NCBI GenBank assembly: GCA_013416795.1
Contig: RQSC01001262.1
Span: forward strand, 1-64,000
Length of the DNA stretch: 64,000 bases
Reading direction: 5' to 3'
DNA from: Prasinococcaceae sp. CCMP 1430
Taxonomy: Eukaryota > Plantae > Prasinodermophyta
Position numbers and translations under genes: made by a program. The notes below the pieces were generated by a model. That model made no database searches and had not been told where the DNA came from. It saw only the letters and a list, made by a program, of their open reading frames with translations. Below, one piece after another: positions 54,101 to 64,000 of the stretch. The first letter of the stretch is position 1. Each line of letters opens with the position of its first letter.

Positions 54101-57100
54101 GACCTTCACCGACACCTCGGGCAGGTAGTGCGGGTTGCGCAGCTTGGTGGTGACGTAGAAGCGGAAGGACTCGTCGTACTCGATGGTTGAGTCGCCAAGG
54201 CGCATCGAGAGCGCGCCGCCGCTCTTGAAGGTCGCGCGCAGCAGCAGGTTGTCCAGGATCGGGTCGAGCTCCTCGCCGACATTCTCGAGCAGCACCGGGT
54301 AGCCGAAGCTGATCGAGTTCTCGAGGCGGCGCACGAAGTCCGAGTCGCTCAGTTTGATCACCTCCAAATTGTTCTCCTTCTCCATGTTTGTGATCCACTT
54401 GTTCGCCTGGCCCTGCGGGTCGATCATGAGCGGCCAGCGGCGCGAGTTCTGCATCGAGATGGCGTTGTCGATGGAGAACGAATCGTTGGGTAGGCCGAAT
54501 ATGACCCAGTCCTGGACGAGCACCTGGTCCCCCAGCACCTTCTGCAAGCGGAACTGGTCGGCGCAGGGCACCTTCTTCTCCCGGCAAACCCCGGTCCACT
54601 GCGAGAGCGCGTCGTCGCGATACGGCATGGTGAAGGCGCCAAGGTACGCCACGTAGCCCGAGGCCAGCAGCACGTCGCCCGTCAGGCCATTGTAGTCGGC
54701 GGCCAGCTCCTTGACGATCGAGCCCCAGCGCACCTTCTCCCCGCCGAGCCCGCCGATGAGCTTCTCGGCGCGCTGGAGCTTCTTGCCGCAGAGGTCGACG
54801 TCGTCCTCCAGCTTGGCCTTTTTATCCTGCATCTCCTTCAGCTGGTCGTTGAGCGCCTGCAGCTTGGCCTCCACCTCGGCGAGCTCGGCCTTCTTCCCCG
54901 CGAGGGCCGCCTGGAGCAGCGCAAACTCCTCGTTTGCCTGCTTGAGCTTTGCCTTCTTGGGCTGAACCACCTTGGCGACGCGGTCGTAGGCCTCCATGGC
55001 GCGCACCCAGCAGCACAGACCATAGCACGCCTTGGACGCCTTCTTGACGACGTCTGGATCGAAGAGCTCGTGATCGAGGAACGGGCGGACTTTGTCGATG
55101 ATCGCCGGCGGGATGTTGTCCTTGTCGTAGTCCTTGAGAGACTGCAGGAAGCCGGTGTCGCCGAGCAGCTTCTGGCTCGCCTCCCAGTAGTCATTTATCT
55201 TCTTGGAGGGGTTGGAGGGGTCGTTCTTGCGGACGGGCTTGATGCTCTGCATGATGCACACGGTCTCCATCACCACCTTTACGGCGGCTGGGGGATTCTT
55301 CATGGCCTTCACTTCGGTGATGTCCGACTTGGTCAGTGTGTTGAGCGCCTTGAGCGCCGACTCGAGCAGCGGCATGGCCACCGCCAGCTCGCTCTCGCAC
55401 TCGTCCTTGATGGCCTTGGCCTCGTCGGCCTTGACGTTGGCGACGGCCTCATCGGCCTGCACTACCTCCCGGGTCTTCTCGGCCTCCTTTGAGTCGCGCT
55501 CAATGACAACGAGCAGCTCGTCGGTCTCCTTGCCGGTCTGGATCAGCACGGGGCGCAGCTCCTCGAGCTCCTTCTTCATGGTGTTGACCTGCGACTCGGC
55601 GTCCAGGAGCTTTTCGAGGCCCACCTCGTAGCGCGTCTTGAGCGTCTGCACCTCTGTGCGCTTCTTTCCGAGCAGATTCTTGTACGTACCGATGAGCTCC
55701 AGGTAGCTCGTGGGCGTCACGTAGTAGTGCCGGCCTTGTTCAGACAGGAACCGCTTTGAGACGGTGGTTATGCTCTGGTGGAAGGTCATACACATGTCGA
55801 TGACGGATGCGCGGGTGTCTTCCGAGTCCATCTCAATCTCACCCAGGAACTGAGACGCGACGCTCAGCAGCGCGTCGGCGGGCCACTCAGAGAACCAGTC
55901 GATGGTGCAGCAATTCACCAGGCTCGGGAACATGCGCAGGCGCTCGCGGAACGAGCTGCCCACCGGCGACATGCACAACACGAGGTGCATGTTCTCCCGA
56001 CACTGATTGACGAAGAAGCGGTAGAGCTCGGACGTGGTTGGCTCGATGCCCGCACGCTTGGCCCTTGGCCTGATCATCTCGAGGATGGAGATGACCTCGT
56101 CCTTGGGGAACAGGTTAGGCACCTCGCCTGTGTTGAGGACGTTGTTGATGTCCTCGAGCATGCCGTCGTACTTAATCTGCGTGTCGGAGAAGAGGAAAAC
56201 CGTCGGCTGCGCCTCCACGCCCGCCTTGCGCAGGCAGAGCGCGAGGTCCTCGCGCCACTCGACCATGGTGTACGCCTTGGTGATCTCGATCTGGAAGAGC
56301 TCGTACTCAGCCATGAAGGTGGCGATGCGCGTGAGGCTCTGGCGGCCCGAGCCGCCAACGCCCACGAGCAACGCGTTGCCGAACGGCAGCTTGATAATGC
56401 GGCTAATGCGTGCGATGTGTTCACACGCGTACAGGAAGAGCACCAGGTTCATTGGGCTCTTTGACGTGGCGTTGTAGTCCTGCAGCCGCTCGGACAGCAC
56501 CGCCAGCATGTCCTCCTGGGAGGTGACCTCCTCGTACTTTTTGAGCTCTGCATCCGGGCTCATGAAGTCGGCGAACATGAGCCGCCGCAGCTCGTTGCCG
56601 TCCTCGGACTCGCCGAAGACCTCAGCAAAGCTCAGTTTGAAGTGACGCTCAATGGCGCCGCGGATGAAGCCGGCGAACCAGCCGCGGTCGTTGTCGTCGA
56701 CGAGGCGATCGGACATCACGCGCAGGCTCTCGTGCGACCACAGCCTGACGAGCGCGGGGACGCTTGGCACCGCGCCGTGAGCCATCGCGAGTCCCTGGAA
56801 GACCTTGGAGAGGTCGCGCAAGTTGAAGGTATAGTGGCTCTTCGAGGGCGTGGGCAGCAGCGCCTTCTGAATCTCTGTGTACGTCTCGACGGTGGCGTCG
56901 ACCAACGCGCCCGCCAAGTCGCGCACGCTGTCGGCGTTCCTCGAGCGGCGGTTCCACCAGTCGGTGACGTCGCTGAAGATGCGCTTGAGGGTGGCCTCCT
57001 CGAATTCGGTGATGCCCAGCGTGTGAAAGTGTCTGATCAGGCGCGGCGTGACGAAGTTGCGTCCGCCGCCCGGCGGGCCCATGGCCGCCACGAGCTGAAT

Positions 57101-60100
57101 GTCGACGAGGTTGCGGAAGGTGAGGTCCGCACGGTCGTACCAGCCGCCGTGGTCGCAGAACTGGCGCAGCAGCTCGACGGGCGGCGACGCGCCGTATGTC
57201 TCCAGCGCGGGCATGTTGAGGTCGTCGATGAAGAGGCAGCAGCGCGTGCCGAAGGCTGGGCCGAAAATACCCTTGCGGCGCTTGTCGAGCTTGGCGTCGA
57301 TGATGTCCTGGATCATGTTGGCGTTCGTTTGCGCAGAGAAAGTGGAGGAGATGCTCGTCCACTTTGACTTGTCGAGATCATTGTCCAGCTTGGACTTGAT
57401 ATACACCGTCTTGCCCGTGCCCGTGCCACCCGCGAGGAGCACGTGGCGGTGCGACTTGATGAGGACGTCCAGGACGTAGCTGTAGCGCACGGTGTCCACC
57501 GTCTGTATGATGAGCTCGTGGAAGGGCGTCTCGACCTTGGGTGGTTCGGCGACGATGGTGTCCATCCACGGCACCCACTTGTCCTGCAGCCGGTCGAACA
57601 CGTAGTCATAAACGGTGTTCTCCTCGGGAATGGGGAGCGACAGGTCGAAGCCCGGCTTGATCACGTTGACGCCCGGGCCTAGGTCGACGCTCAGCTTCTC
57701 CGGCTGGGCGCAGAGCTCGCGCAGGAACTTGTCGAAGCGCTCGCGGCCGGCGTTGTTGGTCGTGCCGCCGAGCGACCACACCAGCGAGAAGAGCATCATG
57801 CTGTCCACCTGCAGCGCGCTGAGCGCCTCCGGCTCAGCCCCATCCTTGTCGCCGCCGACGTCCTTGCCGTCCGCTCGGCGCTCGGCGAGCGCCACCAGCA
57901 TGTTCATGCAGCTCACGGGCAGGTTGATATCCGACGTCGGATTAATCTCCTTGCACTCGCGGCGCACGAAGCGTACGCAGGGCTCCACGAGCCACAGAAG
58001 CAGCGCGTCGATGCGCTCGCGGTGCTCGAGGAGGTTTGCTGGGAGCGTGTTGAGCCAGCTCTGCTTGAGCGGCACCCAGCCTATGTTCTGCGGCTCGACG
58101 TACACCATGCCGCAGCGGCTGACGGTGGCGGGCGAGGCCACCGCCAGGTCCTGCACCTCGAAGATCATGTTCATCGTGTCGCTCATCTGCACGATCTCGC
58201 CGGACATCAGGCAGAGCTTCTTGTTGTCGTCGAGCACCGTGTTCATGTTCTCGATCCAGATGGCATCCACGGGCCCGTCGAAGATGCACCACTTCCTGTC
58301 GGGCGACGTGTCCGTGGCGGCACCGCGGAAGGTCTTTGCGAGCACGCCGTCCTGCCACTCGTGTGACACCGGGTCGAACTCGCCGTACAGCTGGCCGATG
58401 TAGATGCTCTTTGGGTTCATGGTGAGCATGTGCGTCTTCTGCTCTCCCAGCTGGTCGCGATCGCAGAGCTTGCCGAGGGCGCCGGCGAGCATCTTCAGCA
58501 TGGACGTCTTGGCGCCGTACGAGAAGCCGACGATCATCAGGCCGTGGCGCACCAGGATCATCTCGTACAACTGGTGGATCTTTGTCATGAACACCTCGGT
58601 CGTTTGCAGGTTGAGCTCCTCGGCGGTGTCGCACAGCGCCCTGTCCATCAGCTCGTAATCCTGCGCGGGCAGTTCGACGCCAGGGAACAGGTCGCTCAGG
58701 ATGTTGTTGAACAGCGGAATGTCCTGCTGCAGGAACTTGGGCTCGTTGACGTCCTTGAGAGAGCGAAGCATGAGGATGTCCTCTTTCTCCTCGGGGAACT
58801 TCTGCTTGATCTCGCCGGCGGCGCGCAGCACGGAGATCACCGCGCGCATGCCGTAGTCATAGTGCGTCTGCGAGGACAGCTGCTCAGAGCAGAGGCGATA
58901 GGTCGCCACAAGCTTCCGGGCGAGCGCGCGCGCGTCAAGATAGCCGTTGCTGTACAGCAGGATCTCGGCAATCATCGCGTAGTCGGGCACCATCATCGCC
59001 ACGGTGCGGAAGAGCGCCTTCAGGTTGTCTGGCAGCTCCGACCGTCCGGCGTAGCCGGGGTTCATGGTGATGAACTGCGAGCGAGAGAGCGCAGGGTACG
59101 CAGCGGTCAGCAAGACGGCTTGGAGCGGGGTGGGGTGGGATGGGGGGCGATGCCAAAGGCGCAGGAGGAAGCGCGCTCATGCGCCGCAGGCAACAAGGGG
59201 GGGCGGAAGACAGTGGGGGGGGTGGGGGGCACGGCGCGCTCGCGTGGGCTCGCTGCTGCGTACCACAGAGCATGTGTGGCGGAGCCCGAGGCGCGTCCCC
59301 TCGAACTCGAACATGGAGACGCCCTCAGCTTTCGCGCGCTGGATGGTGAGGATCTGCTGGGCGATGACGCTGAGCACCTCCAAGTCGATGCGGTTGAACT
59401 CGTCGAAGCACGCCCACGCGCCGCTGGACGCCAGCCCCTTGAAGAACTTGCCCATCGCCAAGTAGTCGAGGCCGTCTGAGCAGTTGAAGACCACGCACTG
59501 CATGGCCATCGCCTTCGCGAGGTCCTTTGATGCAATGGTTTAGGGTTGGGGTTCATGGTCTGCGTCAGCAACTGAGTCATACATTTAAGCTTTGCTGACA
59601 CGCACCGCACGCACTCCAGCACACCGCACAACACATCACCGCACCACACCGCACCACACACCACCACCTTCGGACCTTGGTTGTCTCTGTCTTGCCCGTC
59701 CCGGCCGGCCCCTCCGGCGCGCCGCCCAGATTGAGATGCAGCGCGCCCATGAGCGTGCGATAGCAGCGGTCGGTGAGCGGCGTGATCACCAGGCGGCTGC
59801 TGTTGCCCAGGTACTCGTATCCGTATGCCATGCTGCTATTAATCATCTTCACGTTGACGACCTTGTCATCCTCCATGTAGTAGCGCAGCTGGGACTGCCA
59901 GGAGAAGTCGGTGTCGGCGGCGACGCCCTCGTCATGCATCTGCACGACGGTGTCCCTCGCATGCACATCAAGCACGACGAGTGCGCCGAGCGTCTTGCGC
60001 TCGAGCTTGGTGAGCTTGCCCCTCACACGATTCACAATGTCCATGAGATCGGCGTTGGACTTCTCGATGTACGTCTTCAGGGCGCCCTCGCGGATGGACT

Positions 60101-63100
60101 CAGTGACCTCGGCCGTCCAGTACATCTGCGTGCCGCACAGCACGATCTGGCCCGGCCACTGCAAAACCCACTCGATCCTCGGGTCCGTGGCGTATGCCTC
60201 GTAGGAGCGGTAGCACACGTCCTTGAGCGAGTCAGTCATCGCCTGCTCGCACTCGATGAGCCACTTCTCCACCTGACCGTTGGCGGCCGCCGGATTGAAG
60301 CTGCGGACGAAGTCGACCTTCTCCTTCTCCGCAGAGTACATGGCCGTGATGTCGAGGTTCTGCTGGAACTCGAGCTCGGCGATGCCTTCGAAGATCTTCT
60401 TGCAGAACGGCTGCACGCGCAGCGGGTCCTTGGTCTCCGAGAGAATCTCCAGCAGCTCGTCGTTGGACAGGAAGTAGAAGCGCGGGAAGGCGAGGCGCTT
60501 GGTCTCTAGATACTCGGAGAGGCCCTTCTGCACGACGTCGAGCAGCTTGTTGGCCTCGGTGAGGTTCTTGAGCGTCTCCTCCTCCGAGCAAGCAATGAGA
60601 ACCTCCGAGTTGCGCGCGAGCTTGTCCATCATGCGGCGCCAGGTGGCATCCACGGACCGGAACTTGCGGCCCTCGATGGGCATCTGCTGCATGATGTCCT
60701 CCGAGCCGAAGATGGGCTCGAGATAGAGCCACCCCTGCTGCACCTGCAGCCACGCGTCGATGATCTCCTGCATGAGATTGAGCTTCTTATCCCACATCTT
60801 GACGCGCTCCTCGAAGGGCCCGATGAAGGGCGAGGCGCGCATGGACTGCGTCTTGACGATCTGGTCGTCGAGCAGCAGCTGGATGTCGTCCAACCCGCGC
60901 AGAATCGACGTCCCAGTCTCGCGCCACGCCATGTACTCGAACTGCACGCCCGTCCACTCGACGAGCATCTTGTCGAGCGTCTTCTCCAGCGAATACTCCT
61001 TGGAGGCGTTCTCCGACACATCCTCGAGCACCTGCATGTGGTCCTCCAGACCCAGCTGCAGCGCGCGGGTCACGCTGAAGCTCTCGTCCGCTTTGACAGC
61101 AAAGCCCACGTTCTCGCTCATGCGCTTCCAGTGGCGGTCGCGCAGGCCCGGGTTGCGCAGCGCTGCGATCAGCGGCATGTGCGTGGCGAAGGCCGATATG
61201 CGCGTGCGCAGCTCCTCGGCGACTCTCAGAGGCTCCCCGCTGAGCGCCTTGGTGGCCTTGTACGTGACGCGCTGCCACTGCTCCAGCTCCTCGTTCATTT
61301 CCTCCGCGTTAAGGGCGGTGAAGGGCCCGTCCATCCACCCGGGCAACGCGCGGCTGAAGGCGGCGCACGTCTTCCACATGGACGCGTACGGCTCGAAGCT
61401 CTTCGACACTGCCGCGAGCTCGGGGTACTCGGTCAAGGGCATGTCAAAGATCTGCTCGCGCTGGTTGTAGAGCTCGGACAGCTCGCGCAGTTTGGTGAGG
61501 CGCGACTCGAGCTCCGACACGTAGATCATACGGTCCTCGACCTCATCTATGTCGCCCTGCGAGAAGAAGCTCTGGACCTCAGACTCAACCGAGGTGAGGT
61601 CGGACAGCAGCTCGCGTTGGTCCGAGACGAGCTCGTCCATGAAGTGCGTGCGCCCGTCGCGTATGCGCTGCTCGCACCCCGAAATGACCGCCACCACGCG
61701 CTTGGGCCAGTAGAGCGTCGACCAGTACAGGGAGCTGTCGTCGTCCGAGAGGGCGAACCGGTTGGCCTCGAGCATCTCGTAGACCTCGGTAGAGCTCACA
61801 ATCTTCTCCTCGAGCTCCCGCATTTCGACCTGGCACTTCTCTGAGTACTGCCGCAGCTCGTCGAGCTCCTCGGTCGTGGAGGGCACCTTGGATAGCGTCG
61901 CCTCGATGGTCGTGTAGCGCTCGCTGATGTACGCGTTAGACCTACTCGATGCGGCCGCAACCTGCTTGAGCAGCTGGTCGGCGAGCTCGAGCGATTTGCT
62001 GCGCACGAAGTTCTTGGCTGCCGTGCAGTCGACCAGGATCATGTTGAAAGTCACCTCTGAGTCGAAGAGCTCGACGACCTGGTCGGCAAGCGCAATGTGG
62101 CGCTTGATCTCCGCCTCGGTCTCCGCCAGCGCGTGCTCCGCGGCCTCCCACTCGGCGAGGTAGTCGTCGTTGTCGAGTGAGATGAGCTCGTTGAAGGTGG
62201 CGAAGCGCTCGACCAGCCCGCGCGGGCCGCTCATGGTGGAGATGAGGATGCTCACGATGCGCGCGCGCGCGACGACGAGCGCGGGCTCGGCCTTTGGGTC
62301 GGTGACCTTCATTGGCACCGTGGGCGACGAGAGGTCCATCACTGCAGATATATGGCCGTGGATGTCCTCCACACCATCGAGGCACGCGACGATGTTGTCA
62401 AAGCCCTCCAGCGCAGTCTCCTGCAGTTCCTCGAGCGTGGGAGAGAGCACAAGCGCGCCCTCGCGCACCTCGAGCGCGACCTCGAAGAGCGTACTCGCGC
62501 GCGTGACCTCCTCTGCCCCCGCATCATCGCCGCTGCCTGTCTGTTCCTCGGGTGCGCAATCGTACGCGCTCAAGAAATCGAGGTACGCGTGCGCAGACCT
62601 CAGCACGACCGTGTGCACCTGGTCTGCCATCATCAGGCTGACGCTTTTGATGAAGCGGACGAAGAGGGTGCGGTCGAACTCGGTGCGCCCGTCGCCGCCG
62701 GCGTCGTCGATGCCTCGGGGCTCGGCGTACTCCTTGCCGCCGATGTCATCGATGGACGTGGCTACCCTGAACACCCAGTCGTTGCGAAGTTGCTCGGCAA
62801 CGTCAGCGGCGTGGCGACGCTGCCGCGAGCCGAATTCGGCGACGGTGGTGGGCAACGGCACATCACGCAGCTCGGTGTCGACGAGGAGGTGATGGCGAAT
62901 GTCCAAGTTCTCGTAGTACGCCTGCATGTTCGCCAGGAACGAGTCCTCCGCGTAGCACAGGATTCGCTCTGCAACTTCGAGCGTGAAGGCGAACTCGTCC
63001 TCATCGAAGGAAGCCACCGACGGCGTTCCGCGCTCCTGGGGCGGCGAGCGCGGCGACGGCGGGTCGACGTGCGCTGCCAGCAGCCTCGCGCGCTGCATCG

Positions 63101-64000
63101 GGTCCCGAAACATGTGTTCCACGACCCCGCGCTTCACAGCGAGGTGGTAGTCGTCGCGCACCTGCTCCATGTATCGTTCGACCAGCGCGGGCCGCTTGTG
63201 AGAGGCCTGCCAGCCCGCCAGGTACTTGACGCGCTCCGCGAAATTGTCGTCGAGCACGTCCGGATTCGCTTGCGGCTGCGCGGCGACGAAGCGCTCGAAG
63301 CGCGCGGCAGACTCCGCGCGCGCGCGAAAGCGTCGCGCGGCGGCGAGCCGCGCGCGGAATGCCGCTTGCGACTCACAGTCGAGCAGGAGGTTCAGGCGCT
63401 TCACGCGCTTGCGGAGGCCACTGCTTGTCCACTCGATATCGTACAGCTCGGTCTTCGCGTCGAAGCCCACGACTTTGCACGGCGCCCAGGTGAAGTGGCC
63501 TTCGATCGTGTAGAAGCGCGAGCGTGCGGGCACGCCGGGAGCCACGCCGGCCTCCACCTGCTCTGCTACGAGCCGTGCGGGCGACACGAGCTCGTCCCCA
63601 GGGTCGTCGAACAGCTCGAGCGGGAGCAGTGACGCACCCGAGGCGGCGGCCGCGCCCCCCTTCACCGCGCCCTCGGTCGACACAGCGGCAATGGCAGGCC
63701 GCACGAAGCGCCCGCTGTCCTTCTCGCCGTCAGGGACCCAGCTGAGCGGCGAACTCGGCCGCCGCGCGTCATCGGCGGTGGCTTCGGCTCTTGGGTGCTC
63801 GAGGCGCTCCACCATCGCCGCCTCTGCACCGGCAGACCCCAGCGGCCGCGGAGGGAACACCCCACCGATCGTCCGCGGATCGAAGCGGGCGTCCGCGTCG
63901 GAGAGCCGTCCGGCCGCTGGCGCTGCGGTGCTGAAGCCACCGCCGATGCGCGCGCCCGGGGTGCTGCCTCGCCCGGGTGCGGCGTACGAGCCGGACGCGG
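51163..64000 (-). CDS. axonemal dynein heavy chain, single-headed inner-arm type; introns 59675-59525, 59263-59075, 54055-53902; 5' end near or beyond window edge
   Basis: P-loops [32 protein letters not shown]; stalk/MTBD ([13 protein letters not shown]); spliced junctions give KTETTK|DLAKA, TCSV|[20 protein letters not shown]|LLGVVV; C-terminal [11 protein letters not shown]. Confidence 0.95.

Noticed and set aside
51088-63632. Numerous long shadow ORFs over dynein, and likewise over lysS, UPM1 and the RING gene
   Set aside because: Expected from high GC3; Arg/Ala/Pro-rich nonsense translations.

Overview
This is a eukaryotic window with three parts. (1) 1-8428: GC-rich green-algal-type nuclear DNA encoding a RING-H2 protein, a uroporphyrinogen-III methyltransferase, an organellar-type LysRS and an unknown membrane protein. 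(2) 8429-47862: about 39.4 kb of apparently intact mitochondrial DNA with nad/cox/cob/atp/sdh/tatC genes, an S10-spc-alpha ribosomal protein cluster, 23 tRNA species, rns, a probable rrn5, and an rnl gene split into three exons by two fragmented group I introns. This is either a very recent giant NUMT or an assembly chimera. (3) 47863-64000: nuclear DNA again, with a putative thylakoid protein, a PLGRKT/DUF2368 homologue and most of an axonemal dynein heavy chain. The mitochondrial features suggest a Prasinoderma-like alga (inference from memory of the literature, not a search). The strangest signal is at 25566-26465: an exact 900-nt copy of 9485-10384 that is reversed but NOT complemented, sitting in register inside an otherwise perfect inverted repeat. 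No known replication or recombination mechanism makes this, so an in-silico origin is most likely until raw reads are checked.
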